Shown: positions 1 to 10,361 of the stretch, one piece after another
Numbering within the stretch: the first letter of the stretch is position 1
Layout of the letters: the number at the start of each line of letters is the position of its first letter
Source of the DNA: an uncultured archaeon
Lineage (GTDB): Archaea > Asgardarchaeota > Thorarchaeia > Thorarchaeales > Thorarchaeaceae
DNA length: 64,000 nt
Assembly: GCA_964610875.1 (NCBI GenBank)
Contig: CAZSWP010000002.1
Coordinates: 52,531 to 116,530, forward strand
Reading direction: 5' to 3'
Position numbers and translations under genes: made by a program
Notes under the pieces: generated by a model
Database searches by the model: none
Told to the model about the DNA's origin: nothing
Seen by the model: only the letters and a program-made list of their open reading frames with translations

Positions 1-19
1 AGGCCAAGGTGATAAATCG

Positions 20-961
20 ATGGGAGAACTCAGATGGAATGCAATGATGGGAGAATGGATTATTGTAACTCCAAAGCGTGCCGATCGACCTTTTCAAGAC
101 AGAGAGAGGCTTTGTCCATTTTGTCCAGGGCAGCCAGAAACTGAGGGAGAATGGGATGTCCTGTCTTTGGACAACAAGTATGCAGCAGTACAGCCAGAAG
201 AGCATCCCATGGATCTTGAGGAGCCATTGATTGTGGGAGCACCTGGTCATGGGTACTGTAAAGTGATTATCCATTCTCGCGACCATGAGATGCAATTTGA
301 GCGGATGCACCCCAACCAAGCAACACTTGTTTTTCAAGAGTATGCCAGAGTGTTTCAAGAATTAGATGAAAAACAGGGTATCAAATATGTGATGCAGTTC
401 GAAAATAGAGGAAAAGCTATTGGAGTCAGTATAAATCATCCACACAGTCAAGTGTATGCATTACCATTTGTTCCACCGAGAATTGAGAGGGAGCTTCACC
501 AATTCCAGGATTATTTTAAGAGATTTGATACCTGTCTCGTCTGTGAAACTATAGAGAATGAAAGCAAATCCAAGGAGAGAATAATCAAGGAGAGTCAAAA
601 TTTCATAACTATACTTCCATATGCCGCACGATTGCCATATGAAGTACATATCTACCCCAAGTGCCATGTGCAGTCTTTACCTCAACTAGGAGAGAAGCTG
701 GAGGAGATGGGAGAAATGGTGATAGATATTACAAAACGCTATGCTGCAGTATTTGATGAGATGGCATACGTGATGGCATTGCATACACGCCCTTCCAAAG
801 GAAATCATGATTATTGGCATTTCCATGTTGAGTTCTATCCACCCTGGCGAGACAGTTCAAGAAGAAAATATCTTGCAGGAATTGAAACAGGTGCTGGTAC
901 CTTTACGAACGACTCAACACCTGAAGAAAAAGCGAAGGAGCTAAGGGAGGCTCTTGATTAG
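20..961 (+). CDS. galT: Galactose-1-phosphate uridylyltransferase
   Basis: ELRWN...R.RP N-terminus, CPFCPG zinc motif, FENRG..IGVS..HPHSQ active site. Confidence 0.95.
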   Translation: MGELRWNAMMGEWIIVTPKRADRPFQDRERLCPFCPGQPETEGEWDVLSLDNKYAAVQPEEHPMDLEEPLIVGAPGHGYCKVIIHSRDHEMQFERMHPNQATLVFQEYARVFQELDEKQGIKYVMQFENRGKAIGVSINHPHSQVYALPFVPPRIERELHQFQDYFKRFDTCLVCETIENESKSKERIIKESQNFITILPYAARLPYEVHIYPKCHVQSLPQLGEKLEEMGEMVIDITKRYAAVFDEMAYVMALHTRPSKGNHDYWHFHVEFYPPWRDSSRRKYLAGIETGAGTFTNDSTPEEKAKELREALD

Positions 962-2124
962 TGCAGATACCAAAAGCATTGGATGAAACATATGAACATC
1001 TGAAGAAAACAACAAATGAGTCTATCTTTCTTTCAAGAGCACCAGGACGAGTTGAAATCCTTGGAAATCATACGGACTACAATGGAGGATTGGTTCTTGC
1101 AACAACTATTGATAGATATGTGTGGACATTAGGTCATCCCTCATCTTATGTCACTCTTTATTCAATGAATTACAATAAAGGGGTCAGTTTTCAGCCCAAT
1201 GTCATAAGTCCCTTTACTTCAATCGATTGGACAGCGTACTTGAGGGGAGTATATTGGGCCTTCAAATCAAAGGACTATAAGGTAAAAGGAATTACAGGCG
1301 CAGTATATGGCGATGTTCCAAGAGGTGGTGGCCTAAGTTCTTCAGCCGCATATGAGGTTTCCCTAGTGAATTTGATTGCTGAAATAAGTGAATTAGACCT
1401 TCAACCTGAAGAACTAGCTGCTATCGCGTACAAAGCAGAGAGGGAATACTGCGGTGTATCATGTGGGATAATGGACCAGTACACTTCTCAGCTAGGAAAA
1501 CCGGATTCATTATTGATGATAGATTGTGCATCCCTGCGGACGGACTCACACAAGGTCTCCGAAATGAGAAAATTTGTTATTATCGACTCTAAAATTTCAA
1601 GAGCCGCAGGACATGCATTGAATACTCGAAGATCTGAATGTGATAGAGCACTAAAGATACTCAACACGAAGGGCTGGTCAATCGCCAACCTCAGTGAGAT
1701 AGAGCTTGACGATTTAGAGAAAATCGAAACGAATCTCAGTAATCCGCTTTCGAAAAGAGTTCGTCATGTGATTCAAGAGAATAAGAGAGTCGAAGAAGGA
1801 ATAATTGCACTAGGACAAAACGATTTTGATTCTTTTGGAGAGATAATGACCCAGTCACATAGAAGTTCAAGAGACCTCTACGAGGTGTCACATCCCAACT
1901 TAGATCTTCTTGTGGACCTCTCCCTTGAAATCCCTGGAGTGAAAGGTGCTAGACTCACAGGAGCAGGTTTTGGAGGAGCAATAGTTGCATTGGTGGATGT
2001 TGAATACATTGAGGAATATGCCACTCAAATTGAGCGGGAGTATTATGAGAGAACAGACTTACACCCGCAGGTCTACACATTCTCAATACCAGGTGGTGTA
2101 AAGGTAGAACAGATTTCTCAATAA
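961..2124 (+). CDS. galK: Galactokinase
   Basis: APGRVEILGNHTDYNGG, PRGGGLSSSAA GHMP motif, CGIMDQ, GARLTGAGFGG; GTG start overlaps galT stop. Confidence 0.95.
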   Translation: MQIPKALDETYEHLKKTTNESIFLSRAPGRVEILGNHTDYNGGLVLATTIDRYVWTLGHPSSYVTLYSMNYNKGVSFQPNVISPFTSIDWTAYLRGVYWAFKSKDYKVKGITGAVYGDVPRGGGLSSSAAYEVSLVNLIAEISELDLQPEELAAIAYKAEREYCGVSCGIMDQYTSQLGKPDSLLMIDCASLRTDSHKVSEMRKFVIIDSKISRAAGHALNTRRSECDRALKILNTKGWSIANLSEIELDDLEKIETNLSNPLSKRVRHVIQENKRVEEGIIALGQNDFDSFGEIMTQSHRSSRDLYEVSHPNLDLLVDLSLEIPGVKGARLTGAGFGGAIVALVDVEYIEEYATQIEREYYERTDLHPQVYTFSIPGGVKVEQISQ

Positions 2125-2191
2125 TCCAATAGAGATTTTATCAGGTAGTACACATCCGATAACTGCATTCTATGAATAGGAGAGTAATTCC

Positions 2192-5122
2192 ATGTCTGAA
2201 AAGAAACCCAAAGGAATCGTGATTAGTGAAACGCACTGGGACCGTGCATGGTACTTGACATTCCAACAATTTAGATTGAAATTAGTAAAACTCACAGATA
2301 AGCTTCTGAATATTCTAGAGAATGACCCTGCGTTTACGCACTATACATTCGATGGACAGACAGTAGTTCTTGAGGATTATCTTGAAGTAAAACCAGAGAA
2401 CGAAGAAAGAATTAGAAAATTAGTAAAAAACTCCAGGATTCACATAGGTCCCTGGTATGTGCTCCCAGACGAGTTTCTTGTATCAGGAGAAGCTTTGATC
2501 AGAAATCTATTGATAGGACGTGGTATTGCAGAACTGTTCGGAGAATGCATGGATGTCGGATACATTCCAGATCCATTTGGTCATGTTAGTCAAATACCAC
2601 AGATACTCAATCAATTCAATTACGATTCTGTGATTTTTGCAAGAGGTATGGGAGAAGAAGCAGAGGAGTTGGGGTCTGAGTTCATCTGGAAAGCATCTGA
2701 TGGCAGTAGCATTTTTGCACATTGGCTACCTCAGTCATATGGTAATATTGCATCACTTCCAGAAGATGTGGATGATGCGGTTTCCGTAATTGAAGAGATG
2801 ATAGGTAAGCTTGAACCTTGGTCGAAGACAGATGTTCTCTTGTTAATGAATGGTTCAGATCATCTTGAACCTCAGAAACACATTCCAAAGGTAGTGGAAA
2901 CCTACAATGAACAGCATGAGAGATATATCAAAATAGGAACGCTTCAGGAATTCGTAGAGTATATTCGGACAATGAAAGGAGAGCTTAAAGAATACTCTGG
3001 AGAGTTTAGAGAACCACGGTTTCAGAATCTTCTATCGGGAGTATATTCAGCAAGAATCTATCTCAAACAGGCCAATGAATATTCTCAAAGATATCTTGAA
3101 CGAATGGTAGAACCTTGGTGCACTGCCGCATTGGCATTGGGTGCAGCTTATCCTGCTCATGAATTGCGTATGGCTTGGAAATATCTGATAAAGAATCATC
3201 CACACGATGATATCTGCGGATGCAGTATTGATCAAGTCCACGATGACATGATGCAGAGATTCAGATGGGTAGATGAGATTGCTGATGCCTTGTTAGATGA
3301 AGCACTGGACTCGGTCCTCTCAGAACTTCAAAACAGTAAACCATCAATTGTAGTATCCAATGCAACACCTCACACACGTTCAGGAATAGCAGAGATTGAA
3401 CTAGCTGTTTCAAACATACGTTTTACCAGACTAGGTCAAATTCGTCTCAAAGACCCAGATTATAAAGCAGACAATCCATTAGATGCTGCAAGGAATGAAG
3501 CACATGTCGCTTACATAAGGACCCACGGATTTGATTTGCCTCCAAATGCGACTAGAGAAATCAAGATGAATGGTGAAACGCTCACAGAGTTCGAGTTTGA
3601 TTTCACAGGACTAGCAATGCTGTTTCCAGAATTAAAGGATTCACTTCGACACCTATCAACGGTGTATAGAATCCGAGTAAACTCAAACAATAGAGTAGTA
3701 GAGGTATTTGCAAGGAAATATGATGCTTCAGATAAGATGAGAGGCGTTCCAGTCCTATTTGATTCCGAGGGAAATCAGATTCCAACACAAGTACTAGGAT
3801 TTTCTGTCATGAAAGATGAGAAGTCACACTTGATCGCAGATCAAGAAGAATTCATCAGGTTGGCAATCAGTGCGCAAGATGTTCCAGCGCTGGGTATGAA
3901 ACGTTACAACGTTGATCTCAGAGAACAATCAGATGACGATGTAAATCCAGAAGATGTAGTAAATTGTACTGAAGAAATCCTGGAAAATGAGTTTGTTATG
4001 CTCAGACTTCAAGAAGATAGCAGAATCTCTTTGACCGATAAACGTAATGGAGAGGTCTATAATAACCTGCTTGAGTTTGAAGATACTGCAGATGTTGGTG
4101 ATGAGTATGATTATTCACCAGCACATATTCCCGTTGATATAAGATCTGCCGGACAAGAAGTTGCACTGGAAGTAATTCATGAAGGACCAATTATTGGTTC
4201 TTGGTTGCTATCAGGTGCTCTCGAATTACCTATCGCAGCAACAACGGATGATTTGACTAGAGAACAGATGACTGAGATTTGTGATTATGTGATGGAAGTC
4301 ACTCTCATGTCAGGGTCTCCTACTGTCTATGTCACCATTCTGTTTGACAATAGGGCACTTGACCATCGTCTTAGGGTTTTATGCCCAACTGGTACAAAGA
4401 CAGAAACTTGTAAAGCAGATAGTACATTTGACATAATCGAGAGGCCTGTACGACCGAAACCTCACGATGATTGGGTTCAACCAGTTGTTCCAACATATCC
4501 ACTCAGAAGCTTTGTCACAGTTCAGGATGAAAAGCGAGGTTTGATGCTTACAACAGAAGGTCTGCTTGAATTCGAGATACTCAAAGAACAAGGAAATACT
4601 ATTGCACTCACATTGCTAAGAGCAGTGGGTTGGTTATCGAAGATTGGATTGAAGACTAGACGGGATGCCGCAGGACCTGTGTTGGAAACTCCAGGTGCGC
4701 AATGCTTAGGCACAAATATCGCGGAATTCGCAATTACACCTTTGGTGGGTGATAGTACACTCGAAGATACCTTGAACCACTCAGAAAACTACCTGATCCC
4801 ATTAGACGGTCACTTTCTACCGGCATCTGATACTAAAGAGGGCGTTTCAGAAATTGGACTAATTGAAATTATACCATCACTCATACAATTATCTGCCTTC
4901 AAGCAATCAGAAGACGAAAAATGTATCATCCTGCGTTTCTGGAACTCATCACAAGAAACTCAGAAATGTAAAGTGAAACTGGGATTCTCTGTAAACAAAG
5001 TAACATCCTCAAGGATGGATGAAGAAGAGACTGATTGGTACAGTATCAAAAAAGTTGGCGGCAATGAATTCGAATTCGATATCACAGGTCGCCATGTGGC
5101 GACACTCCGATTATACAAGTGA
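2192..5122 (+). CDS. GH38 alpha-mannosidase (MngB/mannosylglycerate hydrolase-like)
   Basis: THWDRAWY, FDGQTVVLEDYL, GPWYVLPDEFLVSGE, YIPDPFGH, NHPHDDICGCSID, TLLRAVGWLS. Confidence 0.92.
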   Translation: MSEKKPKGIVISETHWDRAWYLTFQQFRLKLVKLTDKLLNILENDPAFTHYTFDGQTVVLEDYLEVKPENEERIRKLVKNSRIHIGPWYVLPDEFLVSGEALIRNLLIGRGIAELFGECMDVGYIPDPFGHVSQIPQILNQFNYDSVIFARGMGEEAEELGSEFIWKASDGSSIFAHWLPQSYGNIASLPEDVDDAVSVIEEMIGKLEPWSKTDVLLLMNGSDHLEPQKHIPKVVETYNEQHERYIKIGTLQEFVEYIRTMKGELKEYSGEFREPRFQNLLSGVYSARIYLKQANEYSQRYLERMVEPWCTAALALGAAYPAHELRMAWKYLIKNHPHDDICGCSIDQVHDDMMQRFRWVDEIADALLDEALDSVLSELQNSKPSIVVSNATPHTRSGIAEIELAVSNIRFTRLGQIRLKDPDYKADNPLDAARNEAHVAYIRTHGFDLPPNATREIKMNGETLTEFEFDFTGLAMLFPELKDSLRHLSTVYRIRVNSNNRVVEVFARKYDASDKMRGVPVLFDSEGNQIPTQVLGFSVMKDEKSHLIADQEEFIRLAISAQDVPALGMKRYNVDLREQSDDDVNPEDVVNCTEEILENEFVMLRLQEDSRISLTDKRNGEVYNNLLEFEDTADVGDEYDYSPAHIPVDIRSAGQEVALEVIHEGPIIGSWLLSGALELPIAATTDDLTREQMTEICDYVMEVTLMSGSPTVYVTILFDNRALDHRLRVLCPTGTKTETCKADSTFDIIERPVRPKPHDDWVQPVVPTYPLRSFVTVQDEKRGLMLTTEGLLEFEILKEQGNTIALTLLRAVGWLSKIGLKTRRDAAGPVLETPGAQCLGTNIAEFAITPLVGDSTLEDTLNHSENYLIPLDGHFLPASDTKEGVSEIGLIEIIPSLIQLSAFKQSEDEKCIILRFWNSSQETQKCKVKLGFSVNKVTSSRMDEEETDWYSIKKVGGNEFEFDITGRHVATLRLYK

Positions 5123-5134
5123 CTTGGAAGATGC

Positions 5135-5863
5135 GTGATGAATACTGATTCGATTGAACAAATAGTAATTGATCATGCACCAATTCTACATTTTCATCCA
5201 AATGAGGGACAATTCTGCTGCTATCCTAGTGATGCAGAAGAGGTCTTCGATAAATACTCAGAAAGATGGGAAGAATTCATAATTGATATGACGCCAAATG
5301 ATCTGAATCCTGATACTCCAGTCTATTATGAATATTGGAATGACCTGGGCTTTCACCAGATACGATATTGGTTCTGGTATAAATATAACAGATTCCCAGG
5401 TGCGAAGTTCGGTCTCGGTGAACATCTAGGAGACTGGGAACATGTTGAAGTCAGGATATTTGAAAAACATGAGAAGCAACCCAAGGTTGTTGTCTGGCTT
5501 GTTTCAAATCACCTAGAGTTTCGTATTGCATCCTCACCCAATGAGTTCACACTCAAGGACTATGAAACAAAGAACCCAATTCTGACAGGAACACAACTCA
5601 ATACTTGGGTAGCACTGGGATCTCACGCGCATTATCTTGCACCAGATGATGAACCATACTGTGTCTTGAAGATACTGTGTGATCGATTTTCTGATGGTGG
5701 AGAGGTATGGAACACCAGAAATTCACTCATTCCTCTCTCATCGACTAACTTCTATAATTACACTGGTCGTTGGGGAGACAAGAAAGCACCAAGAAGTCCA
5801 ACTAACGAGTACAACAACAGATGGCGAAATATTCCTGCTCTAGCGGTCAGACAGAGACTCTAG
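5135..5863 (+). CDS. Vps62-like protein
   Basis: API.HFHP.E..YPSD, YWFWYKYN, HLGDWEHV.V, VALGSHAHY, GRWG...PRSP follow the Vps62/NPP1-like motif order. Confidence 0.7.
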   Translation: MMNTDSIEQIVIDHAPILHFHPNEGQFCCYPSDAEEVFDKYSERWEEFIIDMTPNDLNPDTPVYYEYWNDLGFHQIRYWFWYKYNRFPGAKFGLGEHLGDWEHVEVRIFEKHEKQPKVVVWLVSNHLEFRIASSPNEFTLKDYETKNPILTGTQLNTWVALGSHAHYLAPDDEPYCVLKILCDRFSDGGEVWNTRNSLIPLSSTNFYNYTGRWGDKKAPRSPTNEYNNRWRNIPALAVRQRL

Positions 5864-5924
5864 TCAGATACTTGATGTACTAGTATGTGCATCTATGTAC
5901 TATATTGCACAATGTTTATAAAAG

Positions 5925-6104
5925 ACCGTCATTGTTCACGCTCAACCACTTCCGAGGAAGATTATACAAGACAACAAGTCTGTTACAGTGGATTTGCGTT
6001 TCTCTTACCTCATTCAAGCGAAGAAGGAGAGAGGGTACCTGTATAATCACCTATCCTCAGCGAATGTACATCTTAGCATGGGATTCTGGCGCGTTTCTGA
6101 ACCA
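5925..6104 (-). mobile_element. Degenerate copy of the ~187-bp GGT-bounded element
   Basis: Minus strand begins TGGTT-CAGAA-ACGCG-CCAGAATCCCA..AAGATGTACA and ends ACAATGACGGT, resembling both ends of the copies at 48221 and 58846. Confidence 0.4.
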
Positions 6105-6431
6105 GTTTTGAAAAAGCAGTGGCTTGCTTTCCAAATCCAGCTTGCCTCGGGAGTGGTTCTATTTTCTTTATCGGGATGTACATATTTGAGCAGTAATGTT
6201 TAAATGCGGACGTCAAAGGAACACCTTGAGAGGAATAACAGTGAGGTCTTGCGTTCATCCGAGGCGATTGTCTTCATTGAAGTCCAGAAGGACATAGACA
6301 CATCGGGAGAAACACAGGCAGAGATTCCTCCGAATTCTGATTTCTTGAATAGGCTTTTCTTTGTTAGAGATGACTCCGTTCGAGAAACATATGGTTCCTC
6401 TCAGACATTAGTTTTAGAAATGGTGGTTAAT

Positions 6432-7418
6432 TTGACTACAGTGAAATTTGTAATTCCAAAGGGTCACCTCACAGAGGAGAGCATTACACTACTGAGAGCC
6501 GCAGGCTACACAATACGTGGTGAAGATCGTACATACAAACCTACTATCAATGACCACCATATCGAGCTTAGGATTCTCAGACCACAAGAGATTCCAATCT
6601 TTGTGGAGGAAGGTCTCCAAGATATTGGAATCACAGGTCAAGATTGGATTGAGGAAACCAAAGCTGATGTTGTTGAACTTGCGAATCTGGGTTTTGGAAC
6701 AGTCCGGCTTGTAGTGGCTGTACCCAAAGAGTGGGATGAGATCAACTCGCTTGAAGATCTTTTAGAAAATAGAATTGCAACCGGAAAGCAACTCAGAGTG
6801 TCAACGGAGTATCTCAACATTGCAAAAAATGCTTTACTTTCTAATGAGGTCTATCAAACAAGTTTCCCAGGTCTGCAGCCACAGATCATCACACCATGGT
6901 GGAAATGCGGAAACAATGAACAGGTGGGAGTATATCTTTCATTCGGAGCAACCGAGGCAAAGACTCCACTCGCTGCCGATGCAATTGTTGAAGTTGTTGA
7001 TACAGGTACGTCTCTCAAAAGGAATGGTCTGAAAATTATTCATGAAATCATGTCTTCGTCAGCAGTTCTCATTTCGAATAGTAGCGTTCTCGAAAACCCT
7101 TCTTCAAGAGAAAAGGTCTATGATATCCTTACACTGCTGCGAGGAGTGATTGAGGGGAGAAGAAAGCTCCACATTTTTGTAAATGTGCAGAAGAGAAACC
7201 TCAATGAACTCTTAGACAGACTTCCTGCACTCAAATGTCCAACAATATCAGAACTCTCAGACAGCGAGTGGGTGGCAGTCAATACTATCATTGACAGAGA
7301 TGAGTACCTCATGATGATTCCGGAGTTAAGGAGATTAGCTCAAGGACTTGTTGTCTATGAACCTAGGCAGGTCCTCCCACTAGAAAAGGATCTTATCGGA
7401 GGCGAGTATATTGAGTAA
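6432..7418 (+). CDS. hisG: ATP phosphoribosyltransferase (long form)
   Basis: IPKG, LRPQEIP.FV..G.QDIGITGQDW, SFGATEAK, VVDTGTSLKRNGL, C-terminal regulatory domain; TTG start after GGTGG chosen over the 6204 start. Confidence 0.93.
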   Translation: MTTVKFVIPKGHLTEESITLLRAAGYTIRGEDRTYKPTINDHHIELRILRPQEIPIFVEEGLQDIGITGQDWIEETKADVVELANLGFGTVRLVVAVPKEWDEINSLEDLLENRIATGKQLRVSTEYLNIAKNALLSNEVYQTSFPGLQPQIITPWWKCGNNEQVGVYLSFGATEAKTPLAADAIVEVVDTGTSLKRNGLKIIHEIMSSSAVLISNSSVLENPSSREKVYDILTLLRGVIEGRRKLHIFVNVQKRNLNELLDRLPALKCPTISELSDSEWVAVNTIIDRDEYLMMIPELRRLAQGLVVYEPRQVLPLEKDLIGGEYIE

Positions 7419-8718
7419 ATCTGCGGACCTCCATCTTGATATCCAGAGAGGGCTGTCCAAAAAACAGCTAGACGCTCGTAGAGTATCTACTAAATGGAAG
7501 AATGATGAAGAGTTTAAAATTGTTTCAAACATAGTAGAGTCTGTAAAAAGAAATGGGAATGCTTCTCTCTTTGAATTCACTGAAAAATTCGATGAGTTTC
7601 TCCTGGATGAAAAATCATTGAGAATATCGACCGATGAGATAAAGAGAAGTTACGAATATGTGAACAAAGATGAGATCGAAGCCATCAAGGAAATAAAAAA
7701 CAGACTTGAAATTGTATCACGCAAGCTTCTCGAAAGACTCTACATTGAAATCGATTTGGATGGTATCTCAATCTCACAACGATATACAGCTCTGGAGAGT
7801 GTAGGCTGTTATGTGCCTGGTGGCAGAGCAGTATATCCAAGCTCACTGATTATGAGTGTAACACCAGGCAAATGTGCAGGTGTTGGCAGAATAGTTGTTT
7901 GTACCCCACCATCAGAACAAGGGTTTGTCAATCCTATCACACTTGTTGCAGCAGACATCTGTGAGGTAGATGAAATCTATAGAATAGGTGGAGCTCAAGC
8001 AATTGCTACACTCGCATACGGTACCGAATCCATAGAACCGGTTGCTAAGATAGTGGGCCCGGGTAACAAATACGTAACAGCAGCAAAACGCATTGTTTCA
8101 CAAGATGTTCCAATAGACATGCCAGCAGGCCCTAGCGAGCTACTCATTCTGGCCGACGAAACCGCTGACGCAAAACTGGTCTGCTTCGACCTCATTTCAC
8201 AAGCAGAACATGACCCAGACTCCAAGGTGTTTCTTATCACGGATTCACAGCAGCTAGCAGAGTCCGTTCGTCAGAATCTGATAGAAGCAGTAAAAGATGT
8301 TTCAAAACGGGAGATCATTAAAGCATCATTAGAGAAGCATGCCATTCTTTGTGTAGTAGATGCTATAGAAAGAGGTGTAGAACTTGCTAATGCAATCGCA
8401 CCAGAACATTTGCAACTTGTCACCGATGATGATGAGAAATATGTAAGAGATCTTCAGACTTCAGGAATTATACTGGTCAGTGATAACACCCCTGTTGCAG
8501 CAAGTGATTATAATCTTGGTACAAATCACATATTGCCAACTGACGGCTATGCACGAGTATATTCAGGTCTCTCAGTCTATGACTTTGTCAGACGCTTTCA
8601 TACGGTAACATGCACGGATAGAGGTCTCAGGACTGTATCAGAAACAGCCAGACTTCTAGCAATCAAAGAAGGATTGCCAAACCACGCCCGTGCAATAGAA
8701 GGGAGGTTCAAGAAATGA
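7411..8718 (+). CDS. hisD: Histidinol dehydrogenase
   Basis: VGCYVPGG.A.YPSS, GGAQAIA.LAYGT, GPGNKYV, DMPAGPSE, SQAEHD, APEHL, GTNHILPT. Confidence 0.96.
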   Translation: MSKSADLHLDIQRGLSKKQLDARRVSTKWKNDEEFKIVSNIVESVKRNGNASLFEFTEKFDEFLLDEKSLRISTDEIKRSYEYVNKDEIEAIKEIKNRLEIVSRKLLERLYIEIDLDGISISQRYTALESVGCYVPGGRAVYPSSLIMSVTPGKCAGVGRIVVCTPPSEQGFVNPITLVAADICEVDEIYRIGGAQAIATLAYGTESIEPVAKIVGPGNKYVTAAKRIVSQDVPIDMPAGPSELLILADETADAKLVCFDLISQAEHDPDSKVFLITDSQQLAESVRQNLIEAVKDVSKREIIKASLEKHAILCVVDAIERGVELANAIAPEHLQLVTDDDEKYVRDLQTSGIILVSDNTPVAASDYNLGTNHILPTDGYARVYSGLSVYDFVRRFHTVTCTDRGLRTVSETARLLAIKEGLPNHARAIEGRFKK

Positions 8719-9791
8719 TGAAGTCATCAAAGACCATGGATCTCGAGAGAGAAACGGTGGCATCTGTTTCGAGGGAATATGGTATTCCTATGAACGAGAT
8801 TCTAAAGTTGGACATGAATGAGAATCTCTTTGTTCACAGAGCATTCCTTCGTCAAATCCTGCAGGATGTAGTCTTATATTCAGATCCGAGGTTCTATCCT
8901 ATCAATCAAATCGATGAACTCAGGGTAATCCTTGCTAGTACAATAAATGTGCAAGATGAACAGATTCTGGTTGGTGCCGGTGGAGACCAGATTATCGACC
9001 TCATCTTTCGTGCTTTCAAAAAAGAACGAAGAAAAGTTGTAACTGTTGATCCCACCTTTTCTATGTATAAGAAATTGTGTGCAGCATCAGAAATAGAGAT
9101 TTCATTCAGTAGATTGCAGCAGGACTTTTCCTTGAATCTTGATGAAATCCTTGATGATTTTAACTCTCAAGATTCTATTCTGATGCTCTGTTCACCCAAC
9201 AATCCCACAGGCAATCAATTTCCACGAGAAACGATTCAAAGACTACTTGATAATTATCAGGGAACATTAGTCATAGATGAAGCCTATGTAGATTTTGCCA
9301 AATTTGACCTCACAAGAAATATCGATGGCAATGAGAAACTCATACTCATTCGCTCATTTTCTAAATCATATGGTCTCGCTGGGCTTAGATTGGGATATAT
9401 GATTTCATCATCAGAAACTATAGGGAGAATACAGAGAACTCTACAGCAACCATACCCCTGCTCAATGATATCTATTGAAACGGCCATAAAGGTACTGCAA
9501 AAACAACCCTATTTTGATTCCTGCATTAAATACACGATTCAAGAGAGAGACAGGTTGTACAATGAACTGAATAAGCTGCAGTCTGTACAACCGTTCGCTT
9601 CTGATACTAATTTCATTCTATTCTCAATCGAACAGAATTGGAGAGATGTAAAGAAAGCTCTCATGCAGAGAGGAATCATCGTAAGAGGCATTGGAGAAGT
9701 AGTGGGCTATCCTAATTGTCTACGAGTGACGGTTGGGCCAAGGCCAATGATGTATTTCTTCCTAGACTCTCTAAAGGAGGTGCTCTCTTGA
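8715..9791 (+). CDS. hisC: Histidinol-phosphate aminotransferase
   Basis: LDMNEN, CSPNNPTG, IDEAYVDF, RSFSKSYGLAGLRLGY. Confidence 0.93.
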   Translation: MMKSSKTMDLERETVASVSREYGIPMNEILKLDMNENLFVHRAFLRQILQDVVLYSDPRFYPINQIDELRVILASTINVQDEQILVGAGGDQIIDLIFRAFKKERRKVVTVDPTFSMYKKLCAASEIEISFSRLQQDFSLNLDEILDDFNSQDSILMLCSPNNPTGNQFPRETIQRLLDNYQGTLVIDEAYVDFAKFDLTRNIDGNEKLILIRSFSKSYGLAGLRLGYMISSSETIGRIQRTLQQPYPCSMISIETAIKVLQKQPYFDSCIKYTIQERDRLYNELNKLQSVQPFASDTNFILFSIEQNWRDVKKALMQRGIIVRGIGEVVGYPNCLRVTVGPRPMMYFFLDSLKEVLS

Positions 9792-10360
9792 GGACTGCTG
9801 AAATCAAACGCACAACCAGAGAAACCCAAGTAGAGGTTTCGGTTTCACTGGACGGGGATAAATCAGCTGATATAACCACACCAATCCAGTTTCTCAATCA
9901 TTTGCTTGAGATTCTGAGTTTCCATGGAGGAATCGGTCTTAGAGTGGAAGCTTCAGGAGACCTCGGTCATCATATAATTGAAGATATTGCGTTAGTGTTG
10001 GGTGCTGCATTAGACAAGGCGCTTGGCGACCGGAAGGGAATCTATCGCTTCGGTGAAGCATGCGTACCAATGGATTGCTCTCTAGCTTCCGTCAATCTTG
10101 ACCTCGGGGGTAGACCCTATTCTGTTGTAAGATTACAGCTAGAACGCGAGATGATTGAGGATGTGGCATCTGAGGACATCCAGCATTTCATGGAGTCTTT
10201 AGCAACCGCATCGCGTGCCAATCTCCACATCAACGTGCAATATGGCAACAATGATCATCACAAGGTAGAGGCTGCTTTCAAAGCCCTCAGTCTTGCATTA
10301 CGTAAGGCTGTTGCTGTAGACGGGAGAAGCAGAACTGCAAGCACAAAAGGAGTGATTTGA
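9788..10360 (+). CDS. hisB: Imidazoleglycerol-phosphate dehydratase
   Basis: R.TRETQV, FLNHLL, GDLGHHIIED, PMD, NDHHKVEAAFKA; TTG start overlaps hisC stop. Confidence 0.95.
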   Translation: MRTAEIKRTTRETQVEVSVSLDGDKSADITTPIQFLNHLLEILSFHGGIGLRVEASGDLGHHIIEDIALVLGAALDKALGDRKGIYRFGEACVPMDCSLASVNLDLGGRPYSVVRLQLEREMIEDVASEDIQHFMESLATASRANLHINVQYGNNDHHKVEAAFKALSLALRKAVAVDGRSRTASTKGVI

Positions 10361-10361
10361 G

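Noticed and set aside
6204-6431. 72-76-aa N-terminal extension of HisG in the ORF track
   Set aside because: HisG homology starts at VKFVIPKG and an RBS-like GGTGG precedes TTG 6432. No His-codon-rich leader peptide was seen, so attenuation is not supported.
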